Part shown: positions 38,062-49,038 of the stretch, piece after piece
How the letters are laid out: each line of letters starts with the position of its first letter
How positions within the stretch are numbered: position 1 is the stretch's first letter
Assembly (NCBI GenBank): GCA_965603825.1
Contig: CBFDEM010000055.1
Location: 124,001 to 188,000 of the forward strand
DNA: 64,000 nucleotides
Direction: 5' to 3'
DNA from: Blepharisma stoltei ATCC 30299
Taxonomy: Eukaryota; Protista; Ciliophora
Position numbers and translations under genes: made by a program
The notes under the pieces: model-generated
Seen by the model: only the letters and a program-made list of their open reading frames with translations
Databases searched by the model: none
Told to the model about the DNA's origin: nothing

Positions 38062-38215
38062 TTTATTTAAATAATTTTGTTACTTTATTACTGATGCTTT
38101 GAGCTTTATTATCATTTTAAAATTCAAATACAAATAATTTTGAAGAAAAATCGTAATTATTAGCCTCCCCATTTACTTTTCAAAACTTTGGAATAATAAA
38201 AAATAAAAAAGCCAA

Positions 38216-39806
38216 ATGCTTGCAAAATTTACACAGTAATAGAGATGCAGAATTCAAGATCATAATTCTTCGCCAGTTCTAAGCCTTGCTTTATTCCGTC
38301 AGCATTTTTTAACCTCTGATGAGGATTTTTGGTTGAAATTTTGGAGCTTTGATTCAAATAGTCCTACACAAGAGTTCCAAACAGATCAAAAGATTGGGAA
38401 AATTCAATTTTCTATTCTTGGAAAGCATTTCTTTACAGGAAGTGAGCAAGGGAAAATTATTCATTGATCTTTAGAGCCAATTAAAATTATTAGAGAATAT
38501 GAAGGACATGATAGATGCACAGCATTGGGCGTATGCAATGATAAAAACAGCCAAATAATTGCAAGTGGAGGGAATGATGGATATGTAAAGATTTGGGATA
38601 TGAGAAGGAAAATAGCAGTTCAATCGGTAAAGGCGCACAGAGAGGGAGTTAATGCGATTTCATTTCACCTGTCAGAAATGAGCACTGGCGGGAAAGATGG
38701 AACTCTGAAACTGTGGGATTTAAGAAAATCAGAGCAATGTGAGACAGTATCAAAGCATGAACAAATTAATGATATTGCAATAGACTCATCAAGAATTATC
38801 ACAGTTTGCAATAAAACACTGCTCAGAGCATACAATAAAGAAACATTTGAAAGCCAATATGTTGTATCAGCAGAAAACGCAGAGAAATTGCTAATATATC
38901 CGAAATTTTCTCGATTATTCGTGATTTCCCCGACATCCATAAAAGTGTTTAATACATCCAATGGAGTTCTTCTCCAAGACGAAGAAATTCCTGAGAGCTT
39001 GCCTCTAGCAAGCTTTGTTGATAACAGCTCTTTGTGTTTCGGAGTCAAAACTTTTTCAGGATTCTCAATTTACAGTGGACAATTCAGTTCAGAAGAAGAC
39101 AAAAATAGGCCATATGCATGAGAAAGCTTGGTATATTACTAATCAGGCTAATCTTGAGCACACCAAAGTTGTAAGAATGAAGCTTGAGTCACGAGCTTTA
39201 TCGGAAAGAAGCTTCATTTCTTTAGGACAAGTCAGCTGCTCAGAGGTTGATTTAAATAATAACAACCCTCTATCTAAACTAAAGGCTAGAAAAGGGAAAA
39301 TAGAAGATGTAATGAAAATATAGTTCACAAAAGGCCACTCACAATTCCTTACAATCATGAAAAAAAGGCAGATTTCTTTAAGCCAGCTAATTGATGTATG
39401 AGAGCAGTCTGGATTTGGCCCTGCTTTAGCGCTACTTCAAAGATCAGAGCTAGCAATCCAAGCCAATTTTTTTTCCAAACTGTTTACCACAAAGCCAAGA
39501 CCGACTTTTATAAATATTCAAAATGCTGAAGCAATTTTAGAAGTAATTCTAAAGCTCGCCCAGTGTAGCAATAATATGATAGCAGAATGTGGCTCGAAAT
39601 CTGCTGGGATCGTTTTAATGGAAATCGGGCAAATTATGAGCCAAAATGCGACATCGAAGTTGCAGATTGATTCTGAGTCAAAAGAATCTTCACATCGTAT
39701 TATAACATTATTTCAAAAAATAATTCTGGCCCTTCACCAGCATAAAAGGGGGTTTCCTGAGCTCGATGATATGGAATTTTTCATAGAAAAAATTCAAAGT
39801 AAATAA
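38216..39806 (+). CDS. KATNB1: Katanin p80-like protein (WD40 plus con80 domain); join 38216-38235,38251-39130,39147-39308,39324-39806
   Basis: WD40 repeats (GH..SGGNDGYVKIWD, TGGKDGTLKLWD) and C-terminal GHSQFLTIMKKR..LSQLIDVW(TGA), resembling con80. Three tiny introns give a continuous frame. Confidence 0.72.
38236..38250 (+). other. 15-nt intron GTAATAGAGATGCAG
   Basis: A at position 10, in-frame TAA; links ATG 38216 to the WD40 frame. Confidence 0.8.
39131..39146 (+). other. 16-nt intron GTATATTACTAATCAG
   Basis: A at -6; explains the frame change between ORFs 38525 and 39015. Confidence 0.8.
39309..39323 (+). other. 15-nt intron GTAATGAAAATATAG
   Basis: A at position 10, in-frame TAG; the frame continues to 39806. 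Confidence 0.85.
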
Positions 39807-39843
39807 TAATTATAATAGACTAATCAATATGTACTTAATAAAG

Positions 39844-41079
39844 TTATCTGTTAGCATAAGACACAGCAAGTTTAGCCGCGTTTTCCATGTTGAACTCTGA
39901 GTGCAATTTCTCATCTCTTTCTTCTTCAATCATCCTTTGGGCTACGTCAGCATTATTTCCTTGAAGCCTCACAACTAAAGGACATGGGAACCCAAGCTGA
40001 TTTTTAGCCTTTATCAGCATTTCTGCAATCAAATCGCACCTCACAATTCCTCCAAAAATATTGACGAAAATCGATTTTACGTGGCTGTGTGAGAATAGAA
40101 TGTCAAAGGCTTTGAAGATCTGCTTCTCGTTAGCTCCACCGCCGACGTCTAAAAAGTTTGCTGGAGCTCCTCCATAGAGCTTAATGATATCCATAGTAGC
40201 CATTGCAAGCCCAGCACCGTTGACCATGCAGCCAATATTGCCAGTCATCCCAACATAATTCAGTCCAGATTTTTCAGCTTCTCTTTCAACTGAGTCTTCT
40301 TTGGAGAAAGTTTCTGCTTGTTCTCTGAAAGCAATGATATCTTTGTGTCTGAAAATTGCATTATCATCAATAGTTACCTTTGCGTCAACACAGTACATTT
40401 CTTCAGTAGGAGTTGTGGCCCAAGGATTAATTTCAAGCTGTAAAGCATCTTTTTGTTTGAAAAGCTCGTAAAGTCTTACTATATCTTTAGCTCCTTGAGC
40501 GGCTTCTTTATCAGACAGCTGAAGTTCTCTGGTAATTTCTAGTGCTTCTGCCTCTGAAAATCCTCTGTGGATGTCTATTGGCTTGACGTGTACGCTTGAA
40601 GGGTTGTTGTGAGCGACAGCTTCGATATCCATCCCTCCATCTTGAGAATAAATTACAGCTGGTCCTCCGATTTGACGATCAAGAACAAATGCTAAGTAGA
40701 GCTGCCGTTTTATATCTACCTCTTCTAAAATCATTAAACTCTTCACTGGCACTCCTTCTGCTGTAGTTTGCTTAGTGACTAGTTGATATCCTATCATTTG
40801 GCTTGCAACTTTTCCGACTTCTTGAGGAGTTTTGCAGAACTGGACTCCTCCTTTAAGACCACTTGATAGAGTTCCTAATCCACGGCCTCCAACTTGGACA
40901 TTTGCTTTTACTATGTATGGTGATCTTAATGATGCAGCTGCCAATTCAGAATCGGTTGCTGTATCTGCTGTGGTTCCTCGCTGAACTTTGACACCAGAGT
41001 CATGCAATAGTTTTTTGGACTGGAATTCATGTAAGGAATACCTTCTAAAAGGTGCTTTGAAAAGTCCTCTGAAGGCCAT
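39844..41079 (-). CDS. Succinyl-CoA ligase beta subunit, mitochondrial
   Basis: LHEFQSK, VKANVQVGGRG, GNIGCMVNGAGLAMATMD, NFLDVGGGA, NIFGGIVRCD; presequence-like start. Confidence 0.95.
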   Translation of the reverse strand: MAFRGLFKAPFRRYSLHEFQSKKLLHDSGVKVQRGTTADTATDSELAAASLRSPYIVKANVQVGGRGLGTLSSGLKGGVQFCKTPQEVGKVASQMIGYQLVTKQTTAEGVPVKSLMILEEVDIKRQLYLAFVLDRQIGGPAVIYSQDGGMDIEAVAHNNPSSVHVKPIDIHRGFSEAEALEITRELQLSDKEAAQGAKDIVRLYELFKQKDALQLEINPWATTPTEEMYCVDAKVTIDDNAIFRHKDIIAFREQAETFSKEDSVEREAEKSGLNYVGMTGNIGCMVNGAGLAMATMDIIKLYGGAPANFLDVGGGANEKQIFKAFDILFSHSHVKSIFVNIFGGIVRCDLIAEMLIKAKNQLGFPCPLVVRLQGNNADVAQRMIEEERDEKLHSEFNMENAAKLAVSYANR

Positions 41080-41211
41080 GTTTTATTAATAAATTTTGAC
41101 GGTGCGAAAATCAACATTAGAAAATCTATATCCTTTATAACTTTGAAATTAAATGAAAATAAAAATAATAAGCAAAACCAGCCTCTCAGCTTAAAGACGA
41201 GATTAAGAATA

Positions 41212-42579
41212 TTAGAGATCAACCTTAACTGATGATTGAATTGAAATGTGAGATGATAAAAATGCTTTGAGTTCAGCTTTCTTCCTTTCACCAATATAAG
41301 GAATTGCTGTTTTATTTCTATTTATAGATTACTCTGCTTTATATAATCTAAGAGTAGGGAAACCTCTGACATTTTCATCAGACACATCATTTAGATCGCC
41401 GTTTATTTTGGCAAAAACTAAATTGGGAACATCCCTCAGCTCAAACGCAAGCTCATCAAAAATTGGCAAGGCTTCTTGTGAATAAGTACACCAAGGAGCG
41501 TAAAACAGCATGAACACATTTTTATTTCTATCAAAAATCAGCTCTTTGTAATTCTTTCCAACAACTGTCATCACTTTGTTTTCAAATGGGTTTTGAGGGA
41601 TATTTTGTGAAAGTTTATAAGGAAGAACAGCGCCTTTTTGGCATTTTTCATAAAATCTGATAATCGAATCTGAAGTGATTTCATCTTGCATTTGGTATTG
41701 AGTAATGTTTAATGTGCCTCCTCTTGCGTCTACCAATCGAATCACAGGAATCAAATGCTTTGGAGCTTTAAGAATCTTCTGCAATTGGCTGCCCAAATCA
41801 GTAGACACATCTGCAACAAGTAAATAAGCTTTTCCTTTTAAACGATGGCCAACTCCTTTGACTTCACTCTCAACCCAGCGATTTTTCTTATCAGTAAGAG
41901 CTATAAGGGCTTTTCCACCTTTATTAAAAAGCATATCTAAATTTGGCTTATCAAGTGGCAAAAGTGCAGGAATCTTTTCTTTTTCTATCCAATCTGCTAA
42001 ACTTTTAAAATTGAACTCACCTTCATATTTAATCCTTTTTTCATCAAAATCTTTATATAGCAAAGTTTCCTTTGAGTTACTTCTGTATATAATTTCTAGC
42101 CCATCTACCAATTTTCCAACTTCTTTTGCGACATCCATATCACCTATAATTAGAGCAAAAGTTTTATCAATATAAGGATCAGAAACATACCTAAGTTGCG
42201 TCTTATCTTCAGTTTCAATCTCTACTTGTGGATTTTTCCTTCTTGAGATCCATTCTCTTATCCCTTTTCAATTGCGCTCACCTGAGTACTTTACTGGAAA
42301 TCCTTTATAGAAATATATGACTTGCGGGAATCCTTTCACACCAAAGGCTTCTGTGATTCTATAATGGTCGCTTCCTTCAATTCTATAAGCTGGAATGTCT
42401 TGAAAATCTTGGGTCGCTCTCTCATATTCAGGCAAAATTTGCTGTGAATAGCCACTGGATCTTTCTTACCATCAGCTTGCATAAAATAAAACGAGACTTT
42501 CTTGGTCTTTTTCCCATACGCTGTCAGTCACTTCTTGAGTTCCATATGCAGAGCATAAAAGGAACAAGAAATAAATCAT
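41212..42579 (-). CDS. Protein disulfide isomerase-like ER protein with two CXXS sites; join 42579-42470,42454-41333,41317-41212
   Basis: Signal peptide MIYFLFLLCSAYG; FYASW(TGA)CGYS after splicing; FYAPWCTYS; two GFP(Q/T) cis-Pro loops; C-terminal KVDL. Confidence 0.85.
41318..41332 (-). other. 15-nt intron GTAATCTATAAATAG
   Basis: A at position 10, in-frame TAA; removal completes the thioredoxin domain (YIGER) and the KVDL tail. Confidence 0.88.
42455..42469 (-). other. 15-nt intron GTAAGAAAGATCCAG
   Basis: A at position 10; splits the active-site Cys codon (TG|T). Confidence 0.88.
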
Positions 42580-42712
42580 TTTATTATCCAATTTCTTGCT
42601 TATTCCTTTTATGAGTAAAAGGAAGAATTATTAATGAATAATTATCTAATGGAATTATTCCTATGCTCATTGAGAGCTATAAGTAGATAGCTGCTATATA
42701 GTTAGACCTAAA

Positions 42713-43561
42713 TTAATTAATTTCATTTTCTTTAGAAACGAGATTTTCAAAACCTATATTTTTAATAGCATCGCGGCAAGATCTGATAGCTGTGAGTTCT
42801 TGGCCTAGGCATTCATTTTCTTTATTAGATTCATCAGGATTAGCTATTTCAATTTTTTCACAGTTATGAAAACTAAAGCTATTTGATAACTTTGCACTTA
42901 CTTTTGCAACGAGAAATGAAGATGAGTCAAAAGATTTGTCAGTTTTACTCTCACTTTGCTCAAATTCTCCATATATTTTAGCCCTTTTTGCTGTCTCAAA
43001 GTTAAATTCTTTAGGGACTGTTGTTTTGATTTCAGATTTTTTATACTGAAAATCAGGCTTTTCAAGTATTTTTTTGTTCAGCGGCAATGCTTTGAACTCT
43101 TGAATGTGTGCCATATCTTCTTTTTCAGCTGGCTTATGCCGGCCTGCTCTGGAATCTAAATGAAATCTCAAAGATACAGGCTGAGTCAAGGGCTTATCTG
43201 AGGAAATTTTAAGGATTTTGGGGTAATAAACAGATTTTGGAATTTTCCGAGCTTTGAATTTTGGCCTTAATGCTAAATTTTCTTCACTTTTGATGTCTGC
43301 TGCCTTTGTAGATAGCTTACTTCTCAGCTCAGTTCTGAAAACAAAAGGCACTGGAACTGTTGTGTTGCTAAGATTGAGCATATCTGAAAAGGCGGATGAG
43401 TTTGGCATCTCATTTTTGCTTGCTTTCTCTTTTTCATCCACAAATTTCACTTTTTTAGATCTCTTGGTATCTCCAAAATCACTCTCAGGCAAAGGGGAAA
43501 ACTTTCTTTTGTGAAAAACAGCTGAGCTGAGTATTTGATCTTCCATATTTGGTGTTAGCAT
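42713..43561 (-). CDS. TPX2-like microtubule-associated protein
   Basis: Repeated TPX2 motifs: TVPVPFVFRTELR, FKARKIP, LTQPVSLRFH, FKALPLNKKILE, TVPKEFNFETAKRA. Confidence 0.75.
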   Translation of the reverse strand: MLTPNMEDQILSSAVFHKRKFSPLPESDFGDTKRSKKVKFVDEKEKASKNEMPNSSAFSDMLNLSNTTVPVPFVFRTELRSKLSTKAADIKSEENLALRPKFKARKIPKSVYYPKILKISSDKPLTQPVSLRFHLDSRAGRHKPAEKEDMAHIQEFKALPLNKKILEKPDFQYKKSEIKTTVPKEFNFETAKRAKIYGEFEQSESKTDKSFDSSSFLVAKVSAKLSNSFSFHNCEKIEIANPDESNKENECLGQELTAIRSCRDAIKNIGFENLVSKENEIN

Positions 43562-43764
43562 TTATAATCTCATATCTTGTTAGAAATTCAGAATAGAGCA
43601 CTTTTTGGGATACTTTGTATATGCCACTTAACAAGTATCTCAATTGTTTAATAAATTTTTTATTTATGAATTCATGTTTTAAAGCTATGCGTCTTCCCAA
43701 ATTCACTCTTGAGAGATCTATCTAATAACTAAAAATTAATTTGTATAGTGATTAGAAGATTAGT

Positions 43765-44103
43765 TTATTTTGCCTTCTTCTGTTGCTGCATTTTCTTTTT
43801 AATGACCTTGACTTCTTCTGTAAGAAAAGCTCTGATGATTCTGTCTTTTACAGTCTTGTGGGATAGGACTCCTCCGTATGCTCTTGAGACTGTTCTATCC
43901 TTTTTGTTAATTCTTGAGTATTCTTTTGGTCTCAAAGCTGGAATTCCTGCCAACCTTTCTCCTGTTTCTTTGCAGTGAGGTCCTTTGGCAATTTTCTTAA
44001 CATAGTGAACAAGTAGACGTCCGCCTGGTGTTTTGACTTGTCTTATCTTGTGTGACTTGGTATGATATGGACATCTTTTCCTTAGAATCACTCGTTTCAC
44101 CAT
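43765..44103 (-). CDS. RPL34: 60S ribosomal protein L34 (eL34)
   Basis: VKTPGGRL, TVSRAYGG, RIIRAFLTEE. Confidence 0.96.
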   Translation of the reverse strand: MVKRVILRKRCPYHTKSHKIRQVKTPGGRLLVHYVKKIAKGPHCKETGERLAGIPALRPKEYSRINKKDRTVSRAYGGVLSHKTVKDRIIRAFLTEEVKVIKKKMQQQKKAK

Positions 44104-44552
44104 TTATTAAAGTATATTGATTAGAGGAATTGCATAAATACCTCTAAAAAGAGCATCCTATATATTATTCGATGAGATTGAAATAATTCGCTGATTTTCT
44201 CTCTTAACTTTAACTATTTATTAATTAACTCAAAAAAATTGCTTCAATCTCCATGTCAGAGAGAACTTGTATGTTTTTCATCATAAATTTAGCATGCCGA
44301 TAATTATTGTCTGCGAAAATAAGTAAATAATTATTATCTAACAGCATCATGCTACAATTTTGCCAGATGTGCATCATGACAATTTTTATTTTCTCAAGCT
44401 AAGACTCGAAAACCAGTAAAACTGCTCGACTTTGGCATCCAGCATAGATCCTTAATTGCTTTTATAAAGATTCTGTAATTTCTCAAGTAAATGCGTTGAA
44501 ATCTTAAAAATAAATATAATTCCATTGCCTTTAAATATGACATAAAAATTAC

Positions 44553-44843
44553 ATGAAAGCCTCAGAAGTGACGTCAAATGAGAAAACTACAGAACAAAGA
44601 CAACAAAGGCTAGAAATGAATAGAGCAGCAGCAATGAGGTCAAGGAATAAAAAGAAAATGGAAATGATGAGGTTCAAATCTCTTGTCGTCGAATTGAGCA
44701 ACGAGAAGGCTCTTTTACTGCAAAAGATACAACAATACGAAATGCTTATACAAGCAAGTTACACAGAAAATAGCATGCTAAAGGTTGAAATGTCCCAACT
44801 TATTTTCGAAAATAGTATGCTGAAACAAACCTTGAAGTATTAA
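44553..44843 (+). CDS. Minimal bZIP transcription factor (CREB/ATF-like basic region)
   Basis: RQQRLEMNRAAAMRSRNKKK (N-x7-R) followed by a leucine zipper. Confidence 0.85.
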   Translation: MKASEVTSNEKTTEQRQQRLEMNRAAAMRSRNKKKMEMMRFKSLVVELSNEKALLLQKIQQYEMLIQASYTENSMLKVEMSQLIFENSMLKQTLKY

Positions 44844-45611
44844 TTTATAGCTTTTAAAATAATTTTTAATTCTTTGCATTAATCATACTTGTTTGACTTC
44901 TCTTAAAAAATGGCGAGGAAATTAATTCTCTAATTAAAAGATATTTTTAAAATTTATAAGTGACGTGCATAAAATAAAAACTATATAAAATGACTTAGTG
45001 TTTTTTCATGTTTTTGACATTTATTAATTTCTCCAATTTTTAAACTTAATTATTAAAGTACATTAGCTTTCTATGTTTGGCTTAAATTGCTAGCATAGTC
45101 AAGAATCATATTATAGTAATTCTCATAGCTATCTTATCTTTCTTAAGAAAAAAAATTTTAGAAAAAATGACAGTTTTACGATTTTTAAATATGAGAGTTA
45201 ATTAAGTATTAAAGAATTAAATTTATTTCATCTCGAATGCAAATCATAAGTTAAAAACCCTTTAAAATAAAAAGCAATAAATTTAAATTTAATTTAGTAA
45301 AAAATAATATTTTTTTCCATAAATAATAAAAATTATCTCTCATGATCAATTATCTTTTCTCTTAGAAAATACTGAATTTTAATAAGGCCATGCTAATGTA
45401 AAAGGTTTTATGAAAATCAAATTAAATGAATACATGTTTTGAGATCACATTATGATATAAGCACTCATTGACCCAAAATTTTATGAAGCATTTCGGATAT
45501 ATATTAATCTGAAAATTCTATTGAAAATCTAGTAGCATTATAATTATTATAGCATTTAGACAAATGAATTGCAATCTAAAATATTAAAATTAAATATTTA
45601 TTCATAAATAG

Positions 45612-46265
45612 ATGTTTAGCAAGTTCACAGCAAGGTTTTCGAGTATAAATATAAAAAACCTGAATCTCGCAGCTTGCGGAATTATTACATTCCAATACTT
45701 GATGGACAAATATGCTCTCCATTATTATTTTTCAACCATCTTGACGAATGCCCCTCTCCCTGCAAATTCTCATCGATACAATGCATCATATGAACTCCGA
45801 TACAAAGGCATCAACGTTGCTATGTACCCTAAGGGTGGCCCAGGAGCAGTTGCACAAGCTATGGATGATTATTTTGTATTAAGAACATTTTATCCCGGAG
45901 CACTTATCATGCAAGCATTCAGCTTGGCGATGATAAATCATTATAACTTAAGAAAAGGCAGATATCCATGAATTCCTTGCTGTCTATTATTGGGCGGAAA
46001 CTTAGTATTGACTTTTACATCATATCTTAGTGGGGTAAGATTCTTAGTCTTAATGAAGTACATTGAGAACGGTGACTGAAAGGTTTACGAAAACTTTGCA
46101 GAGCTTAGAACAAGCCAAAAACTCGGCGAATACGACGGAATAGAAAAATACTTGATTCAATCATCTATCACTGCATGTGCATTAGGTAGTGTGTTAGCAA
46201 GTCCAATTTGGGGAAGTATAACAGTAGCATGCATAGGCGTCTTAGCATATTTAGGTCATTTATAA
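45612..46265 (+). CDS. Hypothetical membrane protein, probably mitochondrial (217 aa)
   Basis: Presequence-like MFSKFTARFSS; two TGA-Trp codons; hydrophobic segments; TAA at 46263-46265. Confidence 0.7.
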
Positions 46266-46345
46266 TTTAAGTCTTTCCAAAAAGTTCATGAGAAAAACTG
46301 ATAGAACAGAATAGTTTTAATGTTTAGTTACTTAAGTTAGTTAAA

Positions 46346-46618
46346 CTAACCAAATTGAATGCTACTGTGGCCGCCAGGTGGAGCTCTTGCTCTAGGTTGA
46401 GGAGCAGCAGCTCTGCTTAGTTCTTCTTGTCTTCTCTTTTCTTCCTCTTCCTTTTTCTTTTTCTCTTCCTCTTCTTTCTTCTTTCTTTCTTCCTCAGTCA
46501 TAGGCGGGGTCTTTTCTTCTTCACCCCAACCTAATGAGAATGAAGAATTCCCTCCTGGTCTTTGGTGAATTCTTACAGAGGTAAAGTCAGTCCCGTACTT
46601 TTGCTCAGCTCCACTCAT
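46346..46618 (-). CDS. Small PGG-motif protein (SPIRAL1/Jupiter/HN1-like microtubule binder)
   Basis: Two motifs, TSVRIHQRPGGNSSFSLG and RAPPGGHSSIQFG, flank an E/K-rich spacer. Confidence 0.75.
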   Translation of the reverse strand: MSGAEQKYGTDFTSVRIHQRPGGNSSFSLGWGEEEKTPPMTEEERKKKEEEEKKKKEEEEKRRQEELSRAAAPQPRARAPPGGHSSIQFG

Positions 46619-47146
46619 ATTATTATATCCAAGGCAAAGAGATAAAATGGATCGGAAATATGCAACTTTTTGAACTTCATTAAGATTATCATCATCGAAA
46701 ACTCAATATTTAAGAAGAATTTATAAAAAATTAAGTTTCGTTGATTGAAGAAGTAGGCTAATTGGTCAAGCTATTTAATTAAGAAGTGTCTATTTGAAAA
46801 AAATAGATAATTGGTTTATTAAAAAACAACTTGCTTAAGGGATTTGCTATAGAAGTCTACTGATCATGAAATAAAGTAAAGAGGAATTTATCAGGAATGA
46901 ATAATAAAAAAATTAAGTGATTTATGAAGAATGAATTTTAAAAAAATTTAAAAAGTCTTAATATGACATTTTTTCAGAATTAAGTCTTATAATTATTATG
47001 ACTTAACAGTTTAATTATCAGAAAAAATTTAATCAATTAATAATTATAGACTTTTGCAAATAATAAGACTATTGCTTTAATAGTGTAATTAGCTAATCAA
47101 TATACTGTTTAAATATCATATAATTTATACTTAAAATAAATCCATA

Positions 47147-47860
47147 ATGGATATGGAAAGAAGAAACAAACTTCTAAGTGCCGGATTATTTATAAACAAC
47201 GAATATATGATGCATGGAACTTACTTCGTAGAAGGTGAAAAAGTGAGACTCACTGCAGAGCTCATAACTGGTGAGCCCCAACAGCTTGATATAGCCGCAG
47301 TGCTATTAGGATCTCAAACAGTTTACCGTGGATTTATGACAGACGAAATGTGTGATGTTGAGACAGTCCTGGAGATGATGAAAACTCAGCAAGCAAGCCT
47401 CAAACTTGTAGAAGGTGGGCTATTGCTGAGGTGCTCTCCAATAAAAATTTTACTCACTCCAACTGATGAGGAATTAGATTTCAAAGATGTAAGAATCGGA
47501 ATGCTTGAAGAAAACTTAGAAGAAACTAAAGAGCAAATTAAAGAGCTTCAGATGAGGCTTCAAATGCTTGAAGAAAGATACAGAGAAACCGGAAGAGAAG
47601 TCCAACCTCCAGAGCAACGAGGGGACAGCAGATCTGAATTATTGACTTATCATGTGTGGCCGAAATCCAGAATGCTACTTGCAATTGTTTCAAGAATGCT
47701 GAAAGAAGGGCTCTTGAATACCCAACAAAGGGGTAATTTGAAAAATTTAATTCTTGATGAAAATCCAAAACTATTGCAATGCTTACAACAATATGAAATG
47801 GATGGAGATAGAAGGCAGCTTTATTCCAGCTTTTTGAAATTGTCGTCTTGAGCAGCATAA
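47147..47860 (+). CDS. Hypothetical protein with a central coiled coil
   Basis: ORF 47147..47851 ends in TGA followed by GCA GCA TAA (47858-47860). Confidence 0.75.
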
Positions 47861-47907
47861 TTAATAAACAAATTTAACATAATTAAATCCTATTCTTTAA
47901 GAAAAAA

Positions 47908-48834
47908 CTAGTAAAAACTTTTATTTTTTAATAATCTTGCAAAAATATTGATAAGCTGAAAAGAAAAACTGCCAAAAAGCGTCCAAAGTAAATAAAAATA
48001 TTCATGCTTTCAATGCCCACCAGTGTAACTAACACTTCCTATAGATTTACATATTCAAAATGCACAATCGTAGGGATTTACAAGCAAAGGCTTAATTTCT
48101 CTCATCTTTATCATTTGAGTGTCAATACAAGAAGGCAAGACACTCATTACATCTAGCCTTCCTTTATTTTTGCTAGATAAATATTTTGCTTCTTCTGCAA
48201 CAATCATGGAAAATGAATGCATAAAACCTTTACTGGCACAGTAAACAGAGCATTTTGGAAGTTTTACAAGCGCTAGAGACGAAGTTATATTAATAACTGC
48301 GCTTCGATTTTTACGTAAAGTCATATCCGGTAAATAAAGCTTTGTAAGGAAAACAGCGGGTCATAGATTTATAGCATTTGCTCATAGAACTCTTTCTTCA
48401 GCTAATGATGCAAAACAGTTAGCGCCAGCACCGGAGCCAACATTATTGACTAAAATGCTAACATCTAAATTTTTGGTTTGCTCCTTAATATCAAGAAAAA
48501 ATGTTTGAGGGTTTGCTGAGGAAACTGAAAAATCTTTGACGATAATTTTAATTTGTATAGGATATTTTTCTTTGAGCTGGCCAGATACTTTAGTTAATTT
48601 TTCTTGATTCCTTCCAATAAGGATGATATTAAATCCCTGAGATGCTAAAAATTCAGAAATCGCTAAACCTAGGCCATCTGAAGCACCTGTGACTAAAGCT
48701 CAACTATTGTAACCATATTCTGAGAAATCTGTTTTTGCAAATAAAATCGTCAAGGAATGACAAAAATTAAGCAAAACTTTAATTATCATCCCGATTCCAA
48801 TGATGAAGAATAGTCATTCCATGAAGCCAACCAT
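47908..48834 (-). CDS. Short-chain dehydrogenase, HSD17B12/3-oxoacyl-CoA reductase-like, TGA-rich copy (308 aa)
   Basis: W(TGA)ALVTGASDGLG, ILVNNVG, YCASK, GHW(TGA)KH; six TGA-Trp codons, no frameshift; TAG at 47908-47910. Confidence 0.9.
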
Positions 48835-49038
48835 TTTTTTAATAGTTCTAAATGCAGAATTTAAAATTCTGCTTATTTTTAAAAGTTTTATGGCATATTT
48901 ATCAATTAATCAATAAAAATAGCATATAAATATATTGAAGAAATTATAGGACAATATCTACATAATTTTACTTCAGATATATTTTTGCTATATATAAATT
49001 GTAAAATTTATTAATATACTAGATAAAAAGACTTATAA

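Noticed and set aside
42144-42190. Possible longer GT-AG intron in the PDI-like gene
   Set aside because: The sequence reads through in frame without stops, and the length is far outside the 15-17 nt class.
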